A stretch of 63,967 nucleotides of DNA, counting the filler, from an uncultured bacterium (GTDB lineage Bacteria > Auribacterota > CAZIXI01): the NCBI GenBank assembly GCA_964543115.1. It is 10 parts of 10 records of this genome, joined end to end, with 100 filler letters (N's around TTAATTAATTAA, not from the genome) between each part and the next. Parts side by side here need not be neighbours in the genome. Positions count along the whole stretch, not along the records: positions 27,062 to 33,637 come from CAZIXI010000193.1; positions 33,738 to 40,247 come from CAZIXI010000194.1; 8 more parts are not named here. One strand, 5' to 3'. The translations under genes and the position numbers were made by a program. Numbering within the stretch: the stretch's first letter is position 1; each line of letters begins with the position of its first letter. Below the pieces are notes generated by a model. The model made no database searches and was not told where the DNA came from. It saw only the letters and a program-made list of their open reading frames with translations. Positions 28,753 through 40,347 of this stretch are shown piece after piece.

Positions 28753-31700
28753 ATGATGAATAGATATTTTTACCTAGCTACAATTACCAGTTTGTTTATG
28801 GTTTCATTCGTATTAGCACCAGCCAATTGTTCCGCTTCGGTCTGGATCGGTGGTCACGACTGCAAGGGTGTAAGCTCTCCCGCCACTACCTGGTACCTCG
28901 CGGAAGGCAACACGGCGATATTTGATGAATACATCCTGATCCAAAATCCTAACTCTAGTTCAGTCACGGTCACACTAACCTACATGTTGCCTTTGGACAG
29001 CTCCGGTAACCCTCAAGATCCCATCAGTCAAAATATCACTATTGGCGCCAATAGCAGGGAAACTATTCATGTAAATGACGTCGCTGGATTGACCAACACT
29101 GATGTCTCTACCAAGGTAGAATGCACCAGCGGTCACAACATCATCGCTGAACGAACCATGTACTGGTACGATCCGAGCAATACATATTGGCAGGGAGGCC
29201 ATGACTGTATTGGTGTAACCGTTCCGGCCACCACCTGGTACCTGGCCGAAGGAAATACCACGATATTCGAAGAATATATTCTGCTGCAAAATCCCAATGA
29301 TACAACAGCTACGGTGACCATGACCTATATGCTTCCACTTGATGATAGCGGCAATCCCCAGGATCCCATCACCCAGCAGATCACTGTGGCAGCCAATAGC
29401 AGAGAGACTATTCATCTAGATGCCGTAGCCGGTCTGGAGAGCACCGATGTCTCTACCAAGGCACAATGTATAAGTGGCCAGGGGATTATTGCCGAGCGAA
29501 CCATGTACTGGTATGATCCAAGCGGATTATATTGGCAAGGCGGACATGTCTGTATCGGGGTAACTGCCCCCGCCACTACCTGGTATTTAGCCGAAGGAAA
29601 TACAACGATGTTTCAAGAATATGTGCTTCTGCAAAATCCCAACACCACTACAGCCACATTGACCATGACCTATATGCTGCCGCATGACAGTTCCGGCAAT
29701 CCCCAGGATCCCGTTACTCAAGAACTAACGGTCAGCGCCAACAGCAGAGAGACCATTCTCCTAAACAACATAGCTGAGTTAAGCAGCACCGATGTTTCCA
29801 CCAAGGCGGAATGCACCAGCGGCGAAAGCATCATCGTTGAACGGGCCATGTACTGGTATGACGCAACCGGTTCCTATTGGCAGGGGGGGCATGACTGTAT
29901 CGGGGTAACCGCTCCCGCAACCACCTGGTATCTAGCGGAAGGAAACACAAATGTATTTGACGAATATGTCCTGGTGCAAAATCCTAATACCACTACGGCC
30001 ACGGTTACGATGACCTATATGCTGCCGCTGGACAGTGAAGGTAATCCTCAGGATCCCATCACTCACCAAATCAATATCAGCCCCAACAGCAGGGAGACTA
30101 TCCATGTTAACCAAATAGCAGGCTTAGAAAGCACCGATGTTTCCACAAAAGCGCAATGTACCAGCGGGGAGGGCATTATTACTGAACGGTCCATGTATTG
30201 GTCCAATACATCTTTATACCCCGATCCCATGTCTGCTTATTCTTTCCTGCGCTCAGATTATTACCGCGACGGCACGCTGAAAATATGCCCAGCTGTTTCC
30301 GCTTCTTCCGAAACGGTAGACAGCATTACCTTCATTTTAAAAAAACTGGATCACACTGATGACTCCATTTCTTTTAACAGCACCGAATACGTTGTTTACA
30401 GCGCGGTGCCGGACTATATGACCATCAGCCAGGCGTATCAAACCAATTTTGACGGCGCGGTATCAACCCTGTCAACTGCCGCCAGCGGGCTTTCCAGTTC
30501 TCCTGTGCTGATCGCCAATAACAACCATGAAAGCGCCAAGTACTATATTCCCAATTTTCCGAATGGCACCAATGACCATACAGGTTTGACCGAAAACATT
30601 ATCTGGAGCATCGACGAGTATGACGGCCTGCCGTCAACTATCTCCACCAAAGTTGCCCAGGCACACATGGTTCAATACGGCTGGGCCTTCGATCCCACCA
30701 AAAAAATAGCGGCAATCTCCTGGCAGCATCTGGCGGCTGACGGCGGCAGCGTCACCACCGCGCCCAGCACTATTTTACTGATTGTCACTAATCATGTCCT
30801 GCAGATCTTTACTCATGACTATATTGTTGACACTATTACCGGACTGATTGGTGGTGATTATCCTTTCCCTGATCCCGCCAAACACTGGCTGCAGCAGGGA
30901 GCTTTTATGTGTTATCAGCCGGGACCCGGTTTTCAATCCAATCTCTTACGGCGTTACACACCCTGGGGCGCCTGGAATTTATTGAACAATACAAGCGGGC
31001 TATTTGTTAAAGCGGATGGTACCGTCGAAATACCGGCAGCCAATACGTCAACTCCTTACCCCCTGGTCACCCAAACTTGGGACGAAAATCAGCGTTTTTG
31101 CATTATTAATAATCTGGATAAGACCGTCTATGGAGTAAACGATCTATATCCGGGTGACGAAAATTATCTAATCGGCAATTCCTATCTACCGGAAAAAGCA
31201 GGCCTAATTACCGCCTGGAAGTATTATCCGCGCATGTATTACCCACAGGACACTACCCGGGTGGATGAACGTGATTCTGACGGTTGGTTGGGCCTAAGGG
31301 GTGATCCGCCTGAATATACCATGGCCTGGAACGACGCTGATAATACAGAGCCCGGCGGACAGGCCAGAAAACCCTATATGATGGGTGCAGGCATTAAACA
31401 TGGAAGCAACGGAGATCAATATATATTCAGATTTGAACACAGTAACAGTTTCCTGGTGGCCAGAGGTCCTGATCCCAGTAGCGAAGAAAATAAACTTTAT
31501 AAGGCCACGATTTATGTTGATCAAGGGGCCGGGGCCGGTTACCAGTCCCTGGGTAGTATTACTTATGAATGGCAGAACTGGAACGTGTCAACAACCGGCA
31601 CACCATTGTGGGAGGCAGGCAGCGGTAGCGGCTATTGGGTGCCGCAGCAGGTTAGTCTTAGCAGCACGATAACTGACGTATCTGTGATTTGTAACCGGGC

Positions 31701-31857
31701 AAGCGCCTGGGATTCTACCAACGTGATTACCTGGGAAACCACAACTTTCAGCAGCCAGCAAAACGCCCTCGGCGGCAATGTCTACCGTTTCCGGGTAGAA
31801 GGTGATACCACTAATGCAAACATGAAGTTTTTGGTGGTATTGGAAGATCTGTCATGA
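28753..31857 (+). CDS. Large secreted protein: four 115-aa repeats (DUF5719-like) plus an unknown C-terminal region
   Basis: Signal peptide; GGHxCxGV..PATTWYLAEG..FxEYxLxQNP..ERxMYW occurs four times. Confidence 0.85.
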   Translation: MMNRYFYLATITSLFMVSFVLAPANCSASVWIGGHDCKGVSSPATTWYLAEGNTAIFDEYILIQNPNSSSVTVTLTYMLPLDSSGNPQDPISQNITIGANSRETIHVNDVAGLTNTDVSTKVECTSGHNIIAERTMYWYDPSNTYWQGGHDCIGVTVPATTWYLAEGNTTIFEEYILLQNPNDTTATVTMTYMLPLDDSGNPQDPITQQITVAANSRETIHLDAVAGLESTDVSTKAQCISGQGIIAERTMYWYDPSGLYWQGGHVCIGVTAPATTWYLAEGNTTMFQEYVLLQNPNTTTATLTMTYMLPHDSSGNPQDPVTQELTVSANSRETILLNNIAELSSTDVSTKAECTSGESIIVERAMYWYDATGSYWQGGHDCIGVTAPATTWYLAEGNTNVFDEYVLVQNPNTTTATVTMTYMLPLDSEGNPQDPITHQINISPNSRETIHVNQIAGLESTDVSTKAQCTSGEGIITERSMYWSNTSLYPDPMSAYSFLRSDYYRDGTLKICPAVSASSETVDSITFILKKLDHTDDSISFNSTEYVVYSAVPDYMTISQAYQTNFDGAVSTLSTAASGLSSSPVLIANNNHESAKYYIPNFPNGTNDHTGLTENIIWSIDEYDGLPSTISTKVAQAHMVQYGWAFDPTKKIAAISWQHLAADGGSVTTAPSTILLIVTNHVLQIFTHDYIVDTITGLIGGDYPFPDPAKHWLQQGAFMCYQPGPGFQSNLLRRYTPWGAWNLLNNTSGLFVKADGTVEIPAANTSTPYPLVTQTWDENQRFCIINNLDKTVYGVNDLYPGDENYLIGNSYLPEKAGLITAWKYYPRMYYPQDTTRVDERDSDGWLGLRGDPPEYTMAWNDADNTEPGGQARKPYMMGAGIKHGSNGDQYIFRFEHSNSFLVARGPDPSSEENKLYKATIYVDQGAGAGYQSLGSITYEWQNWNVSTTGTPLWEAGSGSGYWVPQQVSLSSTITDVSVICNRASAWDSTNVITWETTTFSSQQNALGGNVYRFRVEGDTTNANMKFLVVLEDLS
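28849..30201 (+). repeat. Intragenic tandem repeat, 345-bp period, four units
   Basis: Unit starts at 28849, 29194, 29539 and 29884. Confidence 0.9.
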
Positions 31858-31896
31858 ACAGGGGAGAGGTGAATGGGGTGTACCCATTTATTTTTC

Positions 31897-33489
31897 CTAT
31901 ATACTAGTGCCTGGATCCTCGGCGGCTGTTGGAGTACTGCTGCGCACAAAGTGTGGGCTGTGTAATGCCGCTGTTCTAAAAGTCCCCGCACGGTCAGCGC
32001 GTCGGAAAAGATCGTCAAAATTTTTGGCGGCTATATCTATGATTGACGCAATGGTTGTTGGAGATAGATCAATTTCCTCTGCAATTGCGCTAGGTGTCAG
32101 ATCTTGGACATGGTGCATTAGTGTAATTTTCCTCTGTCTTTCAGAGAGTCCTGCAAAAGCCGCGGTCAGCTTACGACTTAATTCCAGTCTCGTGGCCTGT
32201 TGTGCTGGCGTTTCAGCTTTTGCAAGAATATGGCTTAGCCGAGAAGGGGGCAGGAGAATAACAGTTCCCATTCTTTTTGCCAGGATAACTAGTGTTGCCA
32301 TATTTGCTTGGGGTAGCTGCCGTTCTAATGTGCTTATTTCTGGAGAAAATCTATCTGTTATCGGTTGGTTAAAGAGCTGTATTCTTAAAAGGTCCTGATC
32401 AGTTAACTTGAAATAATGCCGGAATTTTCTGAGGCCCTTAGCAATTAATTGACTGGCCCTCTCTCTGGTAATACTGTATATCTTGGCAATATCTCCAACG
32501 TCCTCATCTTCAATAATATTCAAAAGCATTAATTTTCTTTCTCGTTCTGTAAGCATTTGCAGGACGATTTCGAACCTTCTATTCAGATCCAGCCTGAGTA
32601 CATGCTGTTCCGGAGTGGCCTCTTCTGACAATGATTGATCTTCAAGCGCTTGATCTTGGGCAATGATGATGCCTGCTTCCCTGGTTAATTCTACTATTTC
32701 CTCACTGGTTAAATCATTCAACTCTTCTGCCGGAAGCTCCATCTCCGCCGTAGATGGTTCGTCTGCCAGTGGATTCATTAAAGCTAGACCAGCCTTCGCC
32801 CGAGCGATAAGGTTTGGCGAAACATGATCTACGACGAGCAGTTTTCCCATAGAGGCGACGATTTCTCGAAAATATCTATAAATGCTTTTATAGCCATCTT
32901 TAAAGTGTCTCGTTACAATGGCGTTAATAATTCTTTTTCTTAAACCATTTGACATCTCGCGGGTATAATACTTTTCATTAGTGCTTTTACCGGTAATGAT
33001 ATTTTCCAATACTTCCATGGCGGTTTCGTATAAAAAAAGAGGCAGCTCTTCCCGTAGTTCAGCATAAATGGATTTAGCACATTCTAATTCCAGTAGATCC
33101 TCTACTAGAAACTTAAAATAGAAAATTTCTCTATCCATAATTTTTCCGGCGCTCTTCGCGTATCCCGCATACATCGCGTGAACTACTTCTCTCTTCTCAG
33201 CCGCCATTTCTCCCGGCCCGGAAAAGATCTTCTTTAACAGAGGGATAATCGTTAGTTTGTTTGTCGGGCCGTCAGACTCTCTGTATTCTTTTCTTATTTC
33301 TTGCGTTACTCTTTCCAGCAGATCGCTACGGGATATACCTTCAAGAATGCTTGTGGCAGCTAAATGTTGTTTTAAAAAAGATCGCTCTTGTCTCTGCCCA
33401 AATAGCTGGGTCCAGGCACAATTAGTGACTATGATAGTTATAAGCAATAAAAGATTGATTTTTATTAGAAAGGATTTAATTATTCTCAT
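31897..33489 (-). CDS. Signal-peptide/TM-bearing protein with two sigma70 region-4-like HTH modules
   Basis: MRIIKSFLIKINLLLLITIIVTNCAWTQ; LTERERKLM...IAKIYSITRERASQLIAKGLRKFRH; LSERQRKIT...IAEEIDLSPTTIASII. The track's start at 33525 lies inside the promoter. Confidence 0.7.
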   Translation of the reverse strand: MRIIKSFLIKINLLLLITIIVTNCAWTQLFGQRQERSFLKQHLAATSILEGISRSDLLERVTQEIRKEYRESDGPTNKLTIIPLLKKIFSGPGEMAAEKREVVHAMYAGYAKSAGKIMDREIFYFKFLVEDLLELECAKSIYAELREELPLFLYETAMEVLENIITGKSTNEKYYTREMSNGLRKRIINAIVTRHFKDGYKSIYRYFREIVASMGKLLVVDHVSPNLIARAKAGLALMNPLADEPSTAEMELPAEELNDLTSEEIVELTREAGIIIAQDQALEDQSLSEEATPEQHVLRLDLNRRFEIVLQMLTERERKLMLLNIIEDEDVGDIAKIYSITRERASQLIAKGLRKFRHYFKLTDQDLLRIQLFNQPITDRFSPEISTLERQLPQANMATLVILAKRMGTVILLPPSRLSHILAKAETPAQQATRLELSRKLTAAFAGLSERQRKITLMHHVQDLTPSAIAEEIDLSPTTIASIIDIAAKNFDDLFRRADRAGTFRTAALHSPHFVRSSTPTAAEDPGTSI

Positions 33490-33506
33490 ACGTTTAATAG
33501 GTAGAT

Positions 33507-33521
33507 GCAACTTTTGTGCCA
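33507..33521 (-). promoter_or_regulatory. sigma54 (-24/-12) promoter, perfect consensus
   Basis: Minus strand TGGCACAAAAGTTGC(A) = TGGCAC-N5-TTGC, ending 18 nt upstream of the ATG at 33489. Confidence 0.8.
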
Positions 33522-33637
33522 ACAAGAATAATGCTATAAGTCTCAGTGTATTATAATGTTATGTTTTAACCGGAAGGGAATAGAAGTAGAGAAAATGAAT
33601 TTCTTTACAATTATATTGATTTTATTTTCTCTTGACT

Positions 33638-33737
33638 NNNNNNNNNNNNNNNNNNNNNNNNNNNNNNNNNNNNNNNNNNNNTTAATTAATTAANNNNNNN
33701 NNNNNNNNNNNNNNNNNNNNNNNNNNNNNNNNNNNNN
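33638..33737. other. Artificial contig linker 5
   Basis: Same 100-nt linker. Confidence 0.99.
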
Positions 33738-34368
33738 TGTGCGGCAGCCAGGGAATGTTATCTATCCTGACGGCAATGATATTATTGCCGGAATAATCAA
33801 CCAGGTCCGTTACATCAAAGCAAAATTGTGTATAACCGCCCTCATGGTAACCAACCCAGGACCCGTTCAGCCAGACATCCGTTACGTAATTAGCGCCAGC
33901 AAACACAAGCTTAATGAATTTACCTTTACTATCTTCCGGTACAACAAATGTTCGGCGATAAAGAACTCCGTCTTGATAACGGTCCGGCGGCAGATTTTCC
34001 GGTCCGGGAATGTTGTGGCCAATCCACCTGTCATCATCGAAATCAGTTTTCTGAAAGCCCCCGGCCTCTAGTTCCAGGGCCTTAATAACGGCCGGTGTAC
34101 GCTCCGCTAACGACAGTGCATGATCAACTAAAAGGCGTTTCTTCTTCCAGGCACCGCCAAGATCGATCCGCGGGCGGTTCTGCGGCTCAAAAGCTGGTAA
34201 GGGAATATTATTCTGAAAGGGAATAGTGCGCCCATTAACGACTTTCAGCTCCAAGGTCGGAGAAAGCAATGAAGATTCCTTTTCCGCTGCCGTTGCGGCA
34301 GGAGAGTAAAGAAGAATGGCCCCAGCGAAAAAAAGACAAACTATTCTTATAATTGTCTGCATATTCAT
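33738..34368 (-). CDS. Secreted GH2-family glycoside hydrolase, N-terminal sugar-binding domain, truncated
   Basis: Signal peptide; LYRRTFVVP...KLVFAGANYVTDVWLNG..VGYHEGGYTQFCFDVT. Confidence 0.85.
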
Positions 34369-34383
34369 ACTTATTAAAAAAAC

Positions 34384-34434
34384 AGGGACAGTCCTTATTT
34401 TGTTATTATAAACTAAAATTAAGGTACTGTCCCT
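34384..34434. repeat. Inverted repeat, REP-like or terminator
   Basis: AGGGACAGT-CCTTA...TAAGG-T-ACTGTCCCT; a related AATAGGGGACA occurs near 56882. Confidence 0.55.
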
Positions 34435-34440
34435 ATTTTT

Positions 34441-34881
34441 TTATGAGCTTGCCGCGGCTTCGGCAATAACCCGGCCGTCTACAGTAAGCTTATTCTCCAG
34501 ACCATCATGACAGCCATCGTAACATCCGGCAATATAAGTGCCCGAAGAACTGTTATCATTAAGACCGGCCACATACCAATAATCAGGAGCGCTGACCACC
34601 CCCGCGTAATCATGCACCGGGCAGTCAAACACCTGCGCGTCATCGATATAATCGGAATAAAGGCGCTCTCCCCAGGGTTCCTCCGGAAAATTGCCGTTAT
34701 TACCCAGAGCGTATAAATGAAAAGCCACCCCGAGCTGATGCAGGTTATTGGCGCATTGCGTGCGCCGGGAAATCCGGCGGATCTTTCCCAGAGCCGGTGA
34801 TAACAATCCTATTAAGATAACAATTATAGCAAGAACTGCCAATATTTCAACTATTGTAAATCCGGCCCTGCTCTTTCTCAT
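34441..34881 (-). CDS. Prepilin-type N-terminal cleavage/methylation protein (DUF1559-like)
   Basis: [27 protein letters not shown]...[13 protein letters not shown]...NKLTVDGRV. Confidence 0.88.
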   Translation of the reverse strand: MRKSRAGFTIVEILAVLAIIVILIGLLSPALGKIRRISRRTQCANNLHQLGVAFHLYALGNNGNFPEEPWGERLYSDYIDDAQVFDCPVHDYAGVVSAPDYWYVAGLNDNSSSGTYIAGCYDGCHDGLENKLTVDGRVIAEAAASS

Positions 34882-34933
34882 CACATTCACAACCAATCAC
34901 CCCACTCTTAAATTTCAGCTTGCGAACCCGCTA

Positions 34934-37900
34934 CTACACCAACCCTTCATTTCTTCGCTGACTGTGCCTGGCCATTTTATTGTTTCCTGTAGTACGACTG
35001 CGGAGGGCTAAAGCAACGCCCTGCTTTATTTTCTTCCAACCTTCATTGGCCAGGCGGCGGAAATTGAAACGGCCAAGTTTTGTACGCATATTATTGAGCC
35101 ACTGACTGAACTGTTCCGCCCAGGATTGTTCCGGCTGGGGCTTTCTTGTTTCTTTGGCCTCGCGCAGCCTCTCAGGCGTTACCTTCTTAAATACAACATT
35201 AGTTATTCCCGGATTATCATACTCAGCCGCCTCAACTTTTTCTTTAAACTGTTCCTGCGGCGGAGCGGCAGATAATTTCTCCCTTGACCCAACACCACTG
35301 CTTGCCGGCTGGGAATGACCCTTACCCAAGTAAACGCGATAAGGAGAATACGGTTCCGGATCATTACCTTTGAGCAGCATTCTTTTCTTTTTCTGCACCA
35401 CATTAACTTTCTGCGCGCCGCCGTCTCCGGCTTTTTCCAGTATATAAACCGTCCCGTACCCGTAATGATAAGGAGAGCCGGCTTCAGATTCACCGGCATC
35501 TACCACCAGATCGGGAATAACAATAGTATCCTCCAGCACATTCTGTTCCTGTTCGTCATCTTCCTCATCCTGGTTATTATCTTCTCCGTCATCATTATTG
35601 TCTTCTTCATCATCATTATTATCTTCATCATCCTGTTCATCATCCTGTTCATCATCTTGCTCTTCGTCCAGCTCGTCATCCTGCTCGTCTTCTTCCTCAT
35701 CTATATCTTCATTATCCTCTTCGTCTATTTCTTCTTCTTCGTCCTGTTGATCTTCCTGCTGCTGATTATCTTCCTCGTCCTCTAACGGTTCCGGCGCATC
35801 CTGCTGATGATTCTGCTCTTCAAACGGATCACCCTCTCCTTCATCCTGCTCTTCCTGCTCCTGCTCACCTTCCGTTGCCAGCAGCAAGGCATGACCGTCG
35901 GCAGCAAGTGTCTGCTCAATGGTGCCGTCGCAGTTTCCTTCTACTAACTGATCTGTAAGCAAATCCGTAACATCCTTATCAATAAGTAAAGAAGTGGTTA
36001 CTTGCACGGTTTCAGTGGAATCCGGACTGTAATTCTTGAAGCTGAGTAAAATGCTGCCGGCATCAGCCGTGGCCCGGTAATCAACTAGCACCAGTGAGCT
36101 GCCGCTAATCTGCAGGGACGGCGTTAACCCAAACCCGTAACTGCTACTGGTAAAAATAAGCTCCAACCACTCGTAACGATTCTGCCAGGTCCAGTCACTG
36201 GCCCCGTCACCGGCATTATCAATCGGCCTGTTGGCGCCCAAGCTGAACATTGAAATTGCCGTGTCATATTCCACTCCGCCAATATAGTCGTTTACAATCA
36301 GGGCCGGTGGACCCTGAATACCGTCAAATCGCGCCAGGACAGTCCCGGTGCCCGCAACTATCTCATCCCGATACTTCCACATATTTATCGTATCTTCATA
36401 ACTAATAACTGAACAGTAAAGTGCCTGGGCTTCATAATCAACTCCGAAAGAACTGGTTTCATAATACCCGTAACTATAGTCCTCATCTTCCAAATCGGTA
36501 TCGATATTCAAATTACTGGCCACGGAATCAATGCCAAAAAGATCCTCTAACTGCTGCTGCCAGAGAGCATCATTGTTTCTAGCCTGCCCATATTCATCCA
36601 TAATTCCCGGCAAATCGGTATTAACATGTATCTTCACCCCGGCCAGGGCAACCGCCGGCAGGAGATCAAGAACGTCACTATACATCTTCTGGTTACGAGC
36701 AAGAACAATTGCCGCCAGATTAACATAATCACCAGCCAGCATTTCCTCCCGGTTAATAAATGTAAGTTCAAATCCCAGCCGCTCCAGAGCGCCAAATAGG
36801 TTATGCATTTCCGCCTGATACCTGTTAACGATACTATCCACCGCGTCATCCCAGAGCAGGCCGATGTCCGGCTCTGGATCAATAAATTCCGGCAATAATT
36901 CATTCAGGCCGCTGTCTTCGATTGCCTGGAATGCTTCCTGAACGGCGGTATAAACCGGTTTGGCATCCCCGTCTTCATCAACAAGACCAAAACCAACTTC
37001 TCTTGTGGTCAGATACTGCGGGTCCCGATCGCTCCAGTGGAAGACACACACACCCACTGCCCCATTTTCCAGCACCTCCCAAACAGCATTTCTGACCAAT
37101 AACGCCTGCCGATTTTCATCTACACCCGGATACATTGTTTCCGTACTGGTAAAACCGGTTTCTGTAACCATCACCGGCAGACCGCTGCTATCTTTGGCCC
37201 GAACAACTCCCCATTTGCCTGTCATCAATTCATCATTTTCCAGACCCCAGGGGTAATTATTTATACTCCAGAAATCCAAGGGCACACCGCTGTCCGCGCA
37301 AGCTTGCACGATCTTCGCGGCATCTTCCGTATGGTAGCGCCAATCCTCCTCACCCCACTGCATCCCCACCGCCGCGTAGGTAATCAAATGATCATTATCC
37401 GCATCTCTAACCGCGCCGGCGGCCTGGGCAATATAACCGGCAATACTCTCCTCCCGCCATTGAGTAAGATCAAACCAACTGGCCTTGTCCCGGGCCAGAT
37501 ACTCTCCGGCATTATCTCCCTCCCAGCCAAACGGAACAGGCATATCTACTTCGGCAAAACTGCCGTAGGGATGGCCGGGCAGGTAGCCGGGATCAGCAAC
37601 ATTATCATTTGCCCATTGATCATTAAGAGTGGTAATATCCTGATTGTACGTTTCTTCCAGCCATTGCCGGAAGGCCGCCTGGCAGGCGGCATCGTAACCG
37701 TCATATTCAACACTCCACAGGCCCAGATAGCCGTATTCATTACCCAGTATCCAGCCGGCAATGGTATCCGCCAGGTCTTCCCGTTCGCCACCGATACTGT
37801 AACGCCCAGCCACAGCCTGGAGAAATTCCGCTAATTCCGCCCGCACATCAGGATGTTCGTAACTGAGAATATCTGACTGCCAGGGTCCGTCAGGGCAGCC

Positions 37901-40247
37901 CTCACAGCGGGGGTGCATGGTGTACCAGTCCTCGGGAAACCAGCCCGGCGGCCATTGATAACCAACAACCGGAAATACCTTAAGCTCTCTTGCCTGGGCC
38001 TCTTCGAGTAAAAGATCATAATTATCCCAGCTAAAAACATCATCTGTCTGTTCAATATGTTTCCAAACAAAATCCACCCGCAGGGCATTGGCACCAACCG
38101 TCACCATCCCATCCAGATCATTACGTATCTCCGCCGGACTCTGCCATTGTCCCAGATCCTGCACCCAGGTCTGGTAGGCAATCCCATGCGGAATCCAGTA
38201 GTCCCCGGCCCCGTCATTTAACTGCGGATTCCAGAAATAGCCGTTTTCTATCCTGATTAAATCGTCGGCGCTGTAAACTTCGTCAATAAAATCATCCGGG
38301 CCGTAATTGGGATCAGAATAAACTCCGATTTCCCCAACTGTTACGCTATTGCCGTTACCGTCAAAGACAATAGTAATAGTAACAACATCTTCTATGGCAG
38401 CAAAAATTACCTCCATCAGGTCATTGTCTATCTCAAACTCCACTTCTGACACAACACCCTGGGCGTCAGTAATAAAGATCGTTCCACTGTCCGCGCCGGT
38501 AACATCTTCAATAGTTACCTTATTAATCTCTTCCAGCGGATCGTTCTCGTCCCAGCTGTATTGCAGCCAAGGTGAAACTTCCGCAGCGGATTCCCATAAA
38601 CTAGCCGGATCACCATCATTAATATTGTACTTTGACAATTCCCCGCTGGATACTTCTACGTCTGCGCTCAAGGCATAATTTTCCAACTCCGCGCAGGGCT
38701 CACCAGCGAGGAACAGGATATCATCCAAGCGGCCGCTGCCCTGAACATAAAAAGCGTTAACATCCACTATCTCGTTATTTGGATAGGCATCCTGCAGATC
38801 CGCGACCAGTGACCGGCTGACCGTATGCCATTGCCCGTCACGCAAATCACCAAGTCCGTGATGAATAATCGTTCCACTCTCATCCGCATCCGCCAGCATA
38901 TCCCCCTCTGTCGGGGTATAATAAAGGTAACGGCGGCCCTCCAGGGTGTCAATACTCACATAAACAGCAAAACCCAGATGATAACACAGTGAAAATTGCA
39001 ATTGGGTATTTGTACTATTTAAATAACTGCCATCCGCATCATTATAAACAAAACAATTATTTAACCCCGCCCCGTCAACTTCCACTACCCGGCTGCCCCG
39101 GTTCCAATCATAAACACAACTCACCGTTGCTTCCGCCGGCTCGTCGTCAAAGATATCCCATTGATCAATTATATAATCTGCCTGCCAGCCGCTGCTCTGC
39201 CGGTTATCAAAAGCGGAAATTCCCCAGCGGACGGCTTCCGCCGAATAACTGCCGCTAAAATCAAGCAGATACATTTCACCGGCAGCAGTACCCAATAATA
39301 TTTCCAGCAACCCATCCCCTTCCTGATCCCAGAGCGCTCCGGCAGCACTAAGGGCATTATCCTCTGAAACCAGATAAGGATAACCAGTTAGCAGCTGGCC
39401 GTCAACATCCCAGGCATAAAGATAGCCGGCAGCGGAAGTGGCTACGAGCTCCTGATCGCTGTCTTCATCAATGTTAGCGATCAGAACCTGATTAATAACA
39501 ATATCATCTACATAATTTATATCTATTTCTAGCAATACACTGCCGTTGAGATCAAAGGCCATTACTTTTTTATTTTCTGAACCACTGACTATTTCCGGAA
39601 CACCGTCACCGTCAAGATCCCCAAGACTTAGATAGTTACCGTTAGTATTTTCGATGATCGCGCTATCCAGGGGAAAACCGCTTAAGGCCGTCAGCGTCTC
39701 CGCCTCACTGTCATAACGGTAGCCATAGATAGCGCCGCCGCCGCTATCTCCGGCAAAGAATATTTCCAGTAAACCGTCATCATCAACATCCCCGATCACC
39801 GGGTTACTTATTGCCGTAAACGTAAAACTCTCAGCAGCCATTACCGTCCCGTCGCCCTCCTCCAGACTAAGTTCCTGCAGAGACAAGGAGACTATTTCTT
39901 TCTTACCGTCAAAATCCAGATCGGCCAGGGCCAGTTGATATTCTTCGTCCCGAACAACAACTTCTTCTTCAAAGCCGTCTGTCGTATCCCCGCACACCGG
40001 CGCGCCGGGCAGATAATTTAGTTCCTGCGGATAGCCGCTAACGTCACTGCCGTCAATGTGCCAGGCATAGATCCAGCCGCCTACTTCCGGCTGAAGCTTT
40101 GCCGCGGTAACGACAATCTCCAGGCTGCCGTCCCCATCCAGATCCGCTACCGCCGGGTTACCTACCACTGTTACCCCAGAGAGTTCCTGCGGCCAGCCGG
40201 ACTGCATAACACCATATTGAGACCAGAGGCAAACAACGCTACCATCG
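34934..40247 (-). CDS. Multidomain protein of more than 1770 aa: FG-GAP repeats, CBM-like domains, GH42-like (clan GH-A) barrel and trimerisation-like domain, acidic linker, basic tail; 5' truncated
   Basis: Repeated DLDGDG/DVDDDG motifs; GANALRVDFVWKHIE..DDVFSWDNYD; ILGNEYG (acid/base); VTETGF (nucleophile); frame open to the contig edge. Confidence 0.8.
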
Positions 40248-40347
40248 NNNNNNNNNNNNNNNNNNNNNNNNNNNNNNNNNNNNNNNNNNNNTTAATTAAT
40301 TAANNNNNNNNNNNNNNNNNNNNNNNNNNNNNNNNNNNNNNNNNNNN
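40248..40347. other. Artificial contig linker 6
   Basis: Same 100-nt linker. Confidence 0.99.

Noticed and set aside
28849..30201. Near-identical repeats as a DGR template and variable region
   Set aside because: They are in-frame tandem protein domains, with differences spread over all bases and mostly at synonymous positions.
33490..33525. Track start at 33525 (MLAQKL...) for the sigma-like gene
   Set aside because: That TTG overlaps the sigma54 -24 element, so it is upstream of the predicted transcript start.
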